Positions 51,046 through 59,895 of a DNA stretch of 64,000 nucleotides are shown here, one piece after another. Numbering within the stretch: the first letter of the stretch is position 1; each line of letters opens with the position of its first letter. The position numbers and the translations under genes were made by a program. A model generated the notes under the pieces. It was given only the letters and a program-made list of their open reading frames with translations. It made no database searches and was not told the DNA's origin. The DNA comes from an uncultured Chitinophagales bacterium (GTDB lineage Bacteria; Bacteroidota; Bacteroidia; Chitinophagales; JADIYW01), in the NCBI GenBank assembly GCA_964653095.1, contig CAZZEH010000009.1, positions 39,266-103,265 on the forward strand, in the 5' to 3' direction.

Positions 51046-51979
51046 AAATATCAGAACAATAGGTTTTTTGTTGACCATTGTAACGCTTGTAGGATGTCAT
51101 TCCAAAAAGGAAACAGAAACGACGAGACCAGCATTGGAGGTTCCTGAGAAAGTAGATGTGGTGATTGGCATTGGAAGAGTTTTACCGGAAGAAGGCATTG
51201 TTAATTTGGCCACCGAGATAGCGGGTATTATTGATAGAGTCAATAAGATTTCCGGAGATAGCGTTCAAAAAGGGGCTGTTATCATTTCTCTCAATCAGTC
51301 AGATGCAAAATTGGAAATCCTAAAGTTACAGAATGAAATTCAAGCACAACGACATCTTATTCAATCCAATGAATCTTTGACAAGACAGTATCGTGTTCAG
51401 TTAAGTCATAAAGATGAAGTTGTCAGTGTCAGCCGAGAATTAGTTGAATCAGGCAATGAGACCTTGGAGAATCTTAGGAATTATGAAATGGAAAGAGGGG
51501 TCATACAAAATCAGTTAGAGCAAAACCTTGAAAGTACTAATGTCAATAGGATGAAATTGCGAGAGCTGGAAGTTATGTTGGATCTGGCTAAGAATCAATT
51601 GGAAAAGCTCAGTGTAAGAGCACCATTCGATGGGATACTCCTCACTCAAGATGCACAAGTCGGAGCTGCAATACAACCTTTTCAATCTTTTGCAAAATTC
51701 GCAATATCTTCTCCACTGATAGTAGAAGGAGAAGCCGACGAAATGTTTGCTAATCGTTTGGAAATCGGGCAAAATGTCAAAATTCATTATTTAGGAAATG
51801 AAAAAGTAATTGCAGAAGGAGTTATTTTTTCCTTGTCTCCGGATTTGAGCAATAAATCTTTATTCAATGATGAACCTGACGAACTACAAGATAGAAGAGT
51901 TCGAAAATTCAAAGTCCGACTGACTACAATGGAAAACCTGTTGCTAAACAGCAAGGTAGAATGTAACATTCAAATCTAA
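51026..51979 (+). CDS. HlyD-family periplasmic adaptor lipoprotein
   Basis: Start at MMNLNCKNIRT…LVGC (lipobox). Coiled-coil middle region and beta-barrel end. Overlaps the ATPase gene by 20 nt. Confidence 0.8.
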   Translation: MMNLNCKNIRTIGFLLTIVTLVGCHSKKETETTRPALEVPEKVDVVIGIGRVLPEEGIVNLATEIAGIIDRVNKISGDSVQKGAVIISLNQSDAKLEILKLQNEIQAQRHLIQSNESLTRQYRVQLSHKDEVVSVSRELVESGNETLENLRNYEMERGVIQNQLEQNLESTNVNRMKLRELEVMLDLAKNQLEKLSVRAPFDGILLTQDAQVGAAIQPFQSFAKFAISSPLIVEGEADEMFANRLEIGQNVKIHYLGNEKVIAEGVIFSLSPDLSNKSLFNDEPDELQDRRVRKFKVRLTTMENLLLNSKVECNIQI

Positions 51980-51984
51980 TTAGG

Positions 51985-53121
51985 ATGTTTAGAACGGCAT
52001 TGAGGTTTATACAATTTGACCGTCCTAAAAGCATTGGGATAGTTGTAGGTATTGTTATCAGCGTTTTTCTGGTAGGGCAGCAATTGAGTACTGTTACCTT
52101 TATCGCAGACATCATGGGCGGGTTGATTACCAACTCCAATTCGGAATCAGGCCGTATATGGGTCATCGAAAATACTTCTAAAAACGTCAACCAGATTACT
52201 AATATTGACAGTCGCTTAGTACAGGAAATCCGAAGTATAGAAGGTGTGGCAAATACCTATCCTATTCTTTTGGCAAATGTTAGAGCGACTCTGCGGGATG
52301 GAAAGATTGTTCCTTTTGTGGTCGTGGGCAGTGATCCAAGTATCTTTGCCGGGGGTCCCACTTCGTCAAAAATAATCGAAGGAGACATAGCAGATTTGTC
52401 CACTCCGGGAGCGGTTTCTGTAGAAACTTATAATGTACGATCTCTTAAAACCAACCTTCAACTGGGATCAACCTTGGAAATCAACGGTAAGCATGCCAAA
52501 ATAGTGCTGAAAACGAAAAACGCTCAGGCTTTTGGAGGGCATTATATGTTTACTTCCATCAAGAATCTGAGATATTTTTCCGGCATATCTCCTGATAAAG
52601 TCAGTATCATCACGGTAAAAGTGAAAGATGGTGTTCGGGCAGAAGACGTTATAACAAGAATCAATCAGACCTTTTATGGGGTGACAGCTTGGGATACGCA
52701 AGAATTGACATCCTCTACTTCATCCGAACTGCTGCGTACGACTAATATGGGAGTTAGTTTTGGAGCAATGGTTGTGTTTGCGATGATCACCGGATTCTTT
52801 ATTATCGGACTGACTTTATATTCATCGGTTTTAGACAGATTAAAAGATTACGGAACCCTAAAAGCTATTGGAGCAACAAATGGTTATGTGCGCAGATTGA
52901 TTCTGACACAAGCTATAATTTACGCTCTCATTGGTTTCGCGATTGCAATGTTCCTCTTGGTAATGTTCAAAAATGGGGCAGCAAATGCCGGGTTGGTAGT
53001 TGATTTATCACCTAAGCTGGTTTCCTTTCTGATTGCTGTCACGTTGTTTATTTCTATTGGTGGTTCATTATTTGCCATCCGAAAGATTAATAAGTTGGAG
53101 CCGGCATCCGTATTTAAATAG
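51985..53121 (+). CDS. ABC transporter permease (FtsX/MacB-type, 4 TM)
   Basis: 378 aa: one N-terminal TM, a ~230-aa periplasmic domain, three C-terminal TMs (FtsX-like). Confidence 0.85.
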   Translation: MFRTALRFIQFDRPKSIGIVVGIVISVFLVGQQLSTVTFIADIMGGLITNSNSESGRIWVIENTSKNVNQITNIDSRLVQEIRSIEGVANTYPILLANVRATLRDGKIVPFVVVGSDPSIFAGGPTSSKIIEGDIADLSTPGAVSVETYNVRSLKTNLQLGSTLEINGKHAKIVLKTKNAQAFGGHYMFTSIKNLRYFSGISPDKVSIITVKVKDGVRAEDVITRINQTFYGVTAWDTQELTSSTSSELLRTTNMGVSFGAMVVFAMITGFFIIGLTLYSSVLDRLKDYGTLKAIGATNGYVRRLILTQAIIYALIGFAIAMFLLVMFKNGAANAGLVVDLSPKLVSFLIAVTLFISIGGSLFAIRKINKLEPASVFK

Positions 53122-53130
53122 GATAGAAAT

Positions 53131-54471
53131 ATGATTGTAAAAAGAGTTTTTGTTTTATTGTTTTTGTTGGGGCTTATTCGACCAGTTTGGGGTCAGGAGC
53201 AAATGATTCCCGATAGATTGTCTTTGGAAAAAGCAAAAGCGATTGCGTTAGAGAATAGCTTAGATTTTAAAACCCGAGACTTGAACAGAGAAATAGCTTT
53301 AAAAGAAATCGAAAAAGCTCGCTGGCAGAGGATTCCGGATATTTACGCAAATTTTGATCTCAGAAGAAATCTTATCACACAGACGACACCTGTTCCGGCC
53401 ATTGCTTTTGACCCGACAGCAGGCCCCGGCGATATTCGTCCAATGAAGTTTATGACGGATTGGAATACCAGTACCGGATTAAATGCCAAAATAGACTTGT
53501 TTAATCCAAATGCGCATGGGAAAATTAAGGAAGCCAGACAGGAAGCTAAAATCTCTCAGACCGAGCAGCAAATTACAGCGACCGAAATAGAATCCAAGAT
53601 TGAAACAGATTATGTCGCTTGTCTGATTGCCAAGGAGCAGTTGGAACTGGCAATCTCAGATACGCTTTACAAGTCTCACATATTGTCCAATATACAAAAG
53701 AGATTTTTATCCGGCAAAGCCACTGAGACAGATCTGAATACTGCAAAAATAATTAAGAACGATGCTTTGGCAGCGTATTATGAAGCCATTGATATTGAAA
53801 GGTGGGCTCTATTGCAATTGTTGTATGATATGGGATTGGAATTGGACAATTTCACGGAATTTAGTTTTACGAGTACTTTAAAAGATTTACTGATTGACTA
53901 TCAGGCGAAAGAGTTTGTACCAAAAGAAGGTTTATCCCTAAAAAAGTGGAAACAAAAAAATGAACTGACGGGGATTCAACTGAAAAACAATCAGTTAGGA
54001 TTTATGCCTACAATTGCATTGAATGGTTTTTATGGGTTTAATTTTTATTCGAATCAGTTTGATTTCTTCAAAGGCACTCATTGGTATGGCAACAGCTACA
54101 TAGGATTGTCTGTACAGATACCTGTAACACAAGGTCTGTATCGAGTCCAGCAATCAAAAATTTTGAATTTACAACTACGGCAAGATATAGTCAATTACCA
54201 AAAAGAAGAAGAGCTGCAAGACCTGAATAGAAAACGCCTGCTCCACCGAATCCATCTAAAAGAAAAAGCCCTTTTGCTGAAAAAAGAAAATATAGATTTG
54301 CAGCAAAGCAGCCTGAACCGTGCATCAGAACTGTTGGATAGAGGCAGGATGACATTGAATGACTGGCTGAATCAAAACCAACTTGCATTACAGGCTCAAA
54401 CAGCTTATTTGCAGGCAGCGTATGAATATGTTCAGACGAAAATGGAATTGATGGTATTGGAAGTTCAATAG
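53131..54471 (+). CDS. TolC-family outer-membrane efflux protein
   Basis: 446 aa, signal peptide, two-repeat helical/beta pattern typical of OEP/TolC proteins. Confidence 0.85.
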   Translation: MIVKRVFVLLFLLGLIRPVWGQEQMIPDRLSLEKAKAIALENSLDFKTRDLNREIALKEIEKARWQRIPDIYANFDLRRNLITQTTPVPAIAFDPTAGPGDIRPMKFMTDWNTSTGLNAKIDLFNPNAHGKIKEARQEAKISQTEQQITATEIESKIETDYVACLIAKEQLELAISDTLYKSHILSNIQKRFLSGKATETDLNTAKIIKNDALAAYYEAIDIERWALLQLLYDMGLELDNFTEFSFTSTLKDLLIDYQAKEFVPKEGLSLKKWKQKNELTGIQLKNNQLGFMPTIALNGFYGFNFYSNQFDFFKGTHWYGNSYIGLSVQIPVTQGLYRVQQSKILNLQLRQDIVNYQKEEELQDLNRKRLLHRIHLKEKALLLKKENIDLQQSSLNRASELLDRGRMTLNDWLNQNQLALQAQTAYLQAAYEYVQTKMELMVLEVQ

Positions 54472-54600
54472 ACCATTTCAAACTCAGCAGAAAATAGAAT
54501 TACTCCCGATTTTATACATTTGCTTGATGTGTATGTCGTTACTATGTGCGATTTTTCCAATAGATATAGTTTAGAAGTAAGAGCACAATGTTTACAGAAT

Positions 54601-54733
54601 ATTATACCGTTTGGACAAATAATATAGACCTATTTCGATTTTATCCCATTGTTCTATATTGTTTGTAACCACGACATAATACCAAAATAAGGTTTCGCTT
54701 TATCGGTCTGTTTTGAATTTCAAATTGGTATTA
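54601..54733 (+). repeat. intergenic repeat family C, copy 3 (most complete)
   Basis: Contains both the left module (ATTATACCGTTTGGACAAATAATATAGACC) and the middle plus right modules seen separately in copies 1 and 2. Confidence 0.6.
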
Positions 54734-54784
54734 GATACACTCTTGTCACGTCATTGCACACCTCCTAAAATGAAAGGGCCTCGT

Positions 54785-54842
54785 ATTCTATAGAATGATA
54801 AGAAAGAGGCAATACCTAAAGTTGTTACAGGCAATACCTAAA
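54785..54842 (+). promoter_or_regulatory. candidate operator region: 12-bp palindrome plus two GGCAATACCTAAA direct repeats
   Basis: ATTCTATAGAAT (54785-54796, perfect palindrome). GGCAATACCTAAA at 54808-54820 and 54830-54842 (22-bp spacing). About 100 nt upstream of the ATG at 54942. Confidence 0.4.
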
Positions 54843-54941
54843 ACTCAGTAATTATATGAAACATGCCATTTTCATTGCATTTTGTAAAAACTATTTTACA
54901 TATCTTCGATGTATTAATTTAGACTAATTAAAGATAACGAA

Positions 54942-55964
54942 ATGAAAAACTACAATTTACTTACACTGCTCATGACAGTCACTTTATTGACCTTATTTGG
55001 ATGTAAAAAAGACACTAACGTTATTCCTTCCGAAGATGATACTCTTAAAATCGAAGGAGAATGGCAGATACAAAAGATTAACTTTTTGGATGATGAAGCA
55101 AAATGGGATGAAAGTTTAGCCTTTACTTCAGCCAACTATTTTGGTTATGCTCCTGCGATGTTTGGAGGCATGATGGGATTTGATTTTACAACGAGAAAGG
55201 AATCAAGTGGGAAAGGACAGGTCTTTGAATTTGTAAGCGATGCAGCTTTTGGAGACGGTTCGACTGTTTATTGGTATTGGAACTACATAGACGAAGGAAA
55301 GGGCTTTGAAATCGTTCAAATCAATAAGGCACTTCCTCCTTATGATTTTTCTGTAATGAATATTAAAAATGTTAAGTTGTCGGAAGATAAGCAGGAGCTT
55401 ACTTTTAACGCAGAACTTAATTCTCGTCGTTCAGGAAAACCAATCACGGACAAAGTGATATTTCCGGTAGAATTTACATTACATAGAGGAACTCTGTCAA
55501 ACTTGCCGGATATCTACATTCAAGGAGTTAAGATGGAAGAACCGCCAGGAGAGGTAAAAACTCCGATTGAAAAAATTACAGGAGTAACTTGGAAGTTGAA
55601 GTCCGGTTCAGATTTGTACGATCCGGGACTTACTGATACCGACAATCCGGACAAAGGCTATATGAAAGTATTGGCATTAGAACTGGGTGATGATGACGTA
55701 CTCAATTATAGATATGCCTACCCTATGGGAGTGGTTTCTACAAAGCAATATACTCAAACAAAACTGGGCGATGAGATTTTAGAAGTTCAGATGGGAGGAA
55801 CTTTTGGTACTCCGATTACTGTTTATGAGTTTTTAGTTGAAAGTGTCGATTTGACAGCGGGCACACTGATATTGAAATCTGACGGAGTGATACGTGAGTT
55901 TACCAAGATAGAAGATATTAATGCGGATATAGATAAAGGCGATTATAACGTTTTCACTGAATAA
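54942..55964 (+). CDS. hypothetical surface or periplasmic lipoprotein
   Basis: 340 aa, lipobox LFGC. First gene of a co-directional cluster with a TonB-dependent receptor. Confidence 0.7.
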   Translation: MKNYNLLTLLMTVTLLTLFGCKKDTNVIPSEDDTLKIEGEWQIQKINFLDDEAKWDESLAFTSANYFGYAPAMFGGMMGFDFTTRKESSGKGQVFEFVSDAAFGDGSTVYWYWNYIDEGKGFEIVQINKALPPYDFSVMNIKNVKLSEDKQELTFNAELNSRRSGKPITDKVIFPVEFTLHRGTLSNLPDIYIQGVKMEEPPGEVKTPIEKITGVTWKLKSGSDLYDPGLTDTDNPDKGYMKVLALELGDDDVLNYRYAYPMGVVSTKQYTQTKLGDEILEVQMGGTFGTPITVYEFLVESVDLTAGTLILKSDGVIREFTKIEDINADIDKGDYNVFTE

Positions 55965-56047
55965 GATTTGTTAGATTATCAAGCATGGAAACCCATTTTA
56001 AGCGTATATCTATTAAATGGGTTTCTTTTTTTATTGTCATTAATGCC

Positions 56048-58471
56048 ATGCACAAAATAGTAACTAAGCTAATAAACAAATATGTGATACTGTTTTTATT
56101 TGGAGTCCCGACACCGTTATTTGCCCAATTAAGTTTGTGCGGAAAAATAGAAATGGAGTTCGAATCCGATACAGAAAGTACCCACGGATGGGTTATTACT
56201 TTGGAAAATCTGACCGATTCGAGCATATTGACTAATAATAGTCCAAACAAGGAGTTTTGCTTTTCAGGACTTCGGCCTGGAGAATATTTGATTTATGCAG
56301 AATATAAAAACCAAAAATCGGCAGAAGTTTTAGTCTCGCTTTACCAAAGTGTTTCCAATATAGAATTAAATGCCAACCGCATTTACGAACTGGACGAAGT
56401 CGTAGTTTACTCAAAATCGAAAAAGGATATAAAGAAAGAACACTCCATCAAAACTGATATAGTGGACATGGAAGCACAGCGATTGACTTCTACAACTGTA
56501 GAAGATTTAATGAATAATACTCCGGGAGTCAAAGTGAGGAACTCTAACGGTATAGGCGGTGAGTCGGATATTGTGGTAGGAGGCTTCTCAGGAAAGTCTG
56601 TCAAGTTTTTGATAGATGGTATTCCGATTGATTACTTGGGTTCGAGCATGGGGATCACTAAAATCCCAACAAGCGTAGCCAGTTATATAGAAGTCTATAA
56701 AGGTGTCTTACCGACAGAGATAGGGGTAGATGCGTTAGGCGCAGCAGTCAATATTGTCGCTAAAAACCCGAATGAGACGAGTAGCCAATTTAGCTATCGC
56801 ATAGGTTCTTTTAATACACATCAAGTTACATTAAATACATTTATCCGCTCATCAAAAAAAATCTCATTTGGAATAAATGCTTTTGGCAACTATTCTACCA
56901 ATAACTTTAAAGTAAGTAATCTGCCGTATGAAAATATCACTACCGGAAAAGTCGAAATGATTAGTGCTCAACTATTTCACAACAGATATTGGCAATTTAA
57001 TGGCGAAGCATTTATCAATTTAGAGGAAAGGAAATGGGCGGATTTATTCAAAATCACCGTTAACAGCTATAGTCTGTCAAAACAGCTTCAAAATGATTTT
57101 GCTTCCAGAAATCGTCCTTATGGCAAGGTGGCAATGAAAGAGTATGCTTATGCGGTACCTTCCATCCTATATAAAAAGATTTTTTTTGATAATAAGTTGA
57201 TCACTTCTCAATTTTTGGTATTTAGCAATATTGAAAACCAGCTGATAGATACTCTAAAAAATGCATATTATGATTGGCTGGGCAATAGACATGAGAATGT
57301 TTCCGGTTCGGAGACTGGGGTGCTCACTTCCAATTTGAAAGAATCTATTGCCCGGACCCAGACCTCTAACCTAACCTATCGAGGACTCTTTAATTATCAC
57401 TTCAATTCTCAGCACAAGCTAACCCTGAATCTCATCAATATGTTTCTTCATAGAGAAGCGGATGATATGGGAAATTATGATAGTAGAACCAACGTGAATT
57501 ATAATCGTTTCATTGTCGGGTTAGGATATCAGTACCATTTATTGGATCAAAGATTGGAAGGAATGACTCAAGTAAAGATTTTACTTTCGGGGACTAGGGG
57601 AAATCTGAATAATGTGCTTATCGGCACAGAGGAATCCAATCATAAAAACATGGGGGTCAGTTTGGCTCAATCTCTCAAATATCAAACAGAGAACGGATGG
57701 ATATTTAGATCTTCAGTTGAAAATACTTACCGGCTTCCTGATCAAATGGAGGTTTTTGGAGACAATGTATTCATTCTTCCCAATATCTCTCTAAAACCGG
57801 AAAGGAGCTTTAATGTAAATGCTGGTCTGGGCTATCAATTGAATAAAAAATTCCATTTTGAAGTAAATGCATATTACAGAGATGTCAAGGATATGATTAA
57901 GTTGAAAGAGGTCACTCAATTTCAGGCAAATTACCTAAATCTGGATAAAGTAAGAGGTTATGGAATCGAACTTGAAGCCGAGTGGGAGGTCGTTGATGGA
58001 CTGGATTTAAGTGGAAATTTGACATATAATGAATTTCGCTTTAGAGGTTCAAATGATAAATTGTCTCAAAACGACCATTTCATTAATGCAAGAGTCAGCA
58101 ATATGCCTTTTTATTTCGGCAATGCTAATATCAGCTATCAGACAAAACGATTATTCAGCAAAAAGGATAATCTGAAATTGTATTGGTCATACAGCTATGT
58201 TCATCAATTTTATTTGGATTTTATCGAAAAGAAATATGAACCTGATGGTTTTTTGGGTTTGTACGGAAAAAGTAAAATCTATACCAATAGGATTATTCCG
58301 GTTCAACATATCAATTCATGTGGTTTTGTCTGGCAATTCCAACAGTCGAAAGTTCAACAATTGGCTCTCTCGACGGAGCTCAATAATATTTTCAATACCC
58401 GAATTTTCAATGATTTTAAAATGCAAAGTCCGGGGCGCAGTTTTTACGTTAAAGTAAGTTATGATTTTTAA
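56048..58471 (+). CDS. TonB-dependent outer-membrane receptor
   Basis: Start at MHKIVTKL…LFAQ (signal peptide). The track ORF begins 21 codons earlier. Plug (…EDLMNNTPGVKVRNSNGIGGESDIVVGGFSGKSVKFLIDGIPID…), barrel ending …YVKVSYDF. Confidence 0.9.
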   Translation: MHKIVTKLINKYVILFLFGVPTPLFAQLSLCGKIEMEFESDTESTHGWVITLENLTDSSILTNNSPNKEFCFSGLRPGEYLIYAEYKNQKSAEVLVSLYQSVSNIELNANRIYELDEVVVYSKSKKDIKKEHSIKTDIVDMEAQRLTSTTVEDLMNNTPGVKVRNSNGIGGESDIVVGGFSGKSVKFLIDGIPIDYLGSSMGITKIPTSVASYIEVYKGVLPTEIGVDALGAAVNIVAKNPNETSSQFSYRIGSFNTHQVTLNTFIRSSKKISFGINAFGNYSTNNFKVSNLPYENITTGKVEMISAQLFHNRYWQFNGEAFINLEERKWADLFKITVNSYSLSKQLQNDFASRNRPYGKVAMKEYAYAVPSILYKKIFFDNKLITSQFLVFSNIENQLIDTLKNAYYDWLGNRHENVSGSETGVLTSNLKESIARTQTSNLTYRGLFNYHFNSQHKLTLNLINMFLHREADDMGNYDSRTNVNYNRFIVGLGYQYHLLDQRLEGMTQVKILLSGTRGNLNNVLIGTEESNHKNMGVSLAQSLKYQTENGWIFRSSVENTYRLPDQMEVFGDNVFILPNISLKPERSFNVNAGLGYQLNKKFHFEVNAYYRDVKDMIKLKEVTQFQANYLNLDKVRGYGIELEAEWEVVDGLDLSGNLTYNEFRFRGSNDKLSQNDHFINARVSNMPFYFGNANISYQTKRLFSKKDNLKLYWSYSYVHQFYLDFIEKKYEPDGFLGLYGKSKIYTNRIIPVQHINSCGFVWQFQQSKVQQLALSTELNNIFNTRIFNDFKMQSPGRSFYVKVSYDF

Positions 58472-58475
58472 AAGA

Positions 58476-59801
58476 ATGAATACCTTAAACTATAGATTTA
58501 CCCTTCTTGTCGTAGCGATATTAGTTGCTTTGTCAGGATGTAAAATCGAAAACTTGGATGAGTATCTGGAAAGCCCAAAAAGGGATTTTAGCAGTTTCAG
58601 CTATGTAATGGCTACTGAAGATGCTTCTGATGTAGATATTACCACATTTTTTGCTTTCAATCTTTCAGATATCGGTCCCAATATAAAGTATGATTTGATA
58701 GATGAAGACAAACTCTTTTACAATTCCAATCCTTCCACATCATCAGGTCATGTATCTATGAACCAATACTTCTTTGCTTTGGCAAAAGACAAGAAAGGTT
58801 ACTCTTCTACACCCGGTGTGTACCGAATGACTCTTAATGTCAATAACAGAGTATATGTCAATGATAATCTGAGTATCTCTAAGAATAATTTATTTCCTGC
58901 CAGACAACTGTGTATTGTAAATGAAAGTTTAGGGTATTTCTATGATGAAGGTACAGATGCTCATAAAATCAAAATGTTTAACCCTACCACCATGACATTG
59001 ATTGGAAAGATAGACTTAAAACCTATTATCGAAACTTTTCGCAATCAGATAGAGTGGGTGGATGAATCGGGGAATAATTTGGTAAGGACAGGCTCTTTGG
59101 TATTGGCGCATAAGGAGGGTAAGCTGTATGTGAGCGTGGTGTTCTTAGAAAAAGCTGAGTTTAATCTGATTTCCAATGATGAAAAGAGCTTTTACCTTGC
59201 CGTTATTGATATCCATACCGATAGAGTGGAGAAGATTATTTCTTATGAAGGAACGAAGACGGTGGGTTTTTTTGTTTCTGAAAATAAAGCAACAGTCTTG
59301 GGAGATGATGGGAATCTGTATTTCTGCTCTTGGGGATGGAATCAGTTTAATGAAGGTAATTCATCACAAATTTTCAGAATAAAAGCCGGTGAGACAGATT
59401 TTGATAAGAGCTGGAATATTAATATCCCAAATCTATTGGGAATCGGGAAAATGGCTCAGTCCATAGCATTTTATAATGGTAAAATATACCTGCATGTTTC
59501 TCAAAAATCATATTCATTCGGAGATTCTGATGACCCCGGTGATGTGGCTATGAGTTATTATGCATTTGACCCATCCATGCCTGACCAACCTATCCGTCTG
59601 GATATACCCACATCCAACACATCTAATAGAATGAGCGTATTTAGTATAGTGGATGATAAGCTGTTTGTTGCAGTCCCGAACATAGACAAGAATAACTTTA
59701 ACGGATTCTATTCAATAGATAGAAATGGCGAGATAAAGAAAGAGATTGCAATACAAAATAAATACCGTCCGACAAGATTGTACAAGCTGCAGCCACGCTA
59801 A
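58476..59801 (+). CDS. hypothetical lipoprotein, possibly beta-propeller (DUF4374/XusB-like is only a guess)
   Basis: 441 aa from MNTLNYRF…LSGC. Recurrent strands GKLYVSVVF, GNLYFCSWG, GKIYLHVS, DKLFVAVP. Starts 5 nt after the receptor stop. Confidence 0.65.
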   Translation: MNTLNYRFTLLVVAILVALSGCKIENLDEYLESPKRDFSSFSYVMATEDASDVDITTFFAFNLSDIGPNIKYDLIDEDKLFYNSNPSTSSGHVSMNQYFFALAKDKKGYSSTPGVYRMTLNVNNRVYVNDNLSISKNNLFPARQLCIVNESLGYFYDEGTDAHKIKMFNPTTMTLIGKIDLKPIIETFRNQIEWVDESGNNLVRTGSLVLAHKEGKLYVSVVFLEKAEFNLISNDEKSFYLAVIDIHTDRVEKIISYEGTKTVGFFVSENKATVLGDDGNLYFCSWGWNQFNEGNSSQIFRIKAGETDFDKSWNINIPNLLGIGKMAQSIAFYNGKIYLHVSQKSYSFGDSDDPGDVAMSYYAFDPSMPDQPIRLDIPTSNTSNRMSVFSIVDDKLFVAVPNIDKNNFNGFYSIDRNGEIKKEIAIQNKYRPTRLYKLQPR

Positions 59802-59895
59802 AAGCATATTTTATGAGTGACATAAAATTTAATAATGGACTTACGCAACTTACGATATAACAAAATCTATCCAGAAATATTTTAACACAAGAAAA

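Noticed and set aside
54472-54941. Possible cobalamin riboswitch or Fur box ahead of the receptor/CobN cluster
   Set aside because: No B12-box-like core (…AGYCMGGAGACCKGCC…) or GATAATGATAATCATTATC-like Fur box could be found by eye. Only the palindrome and direct repeats reported above are present.
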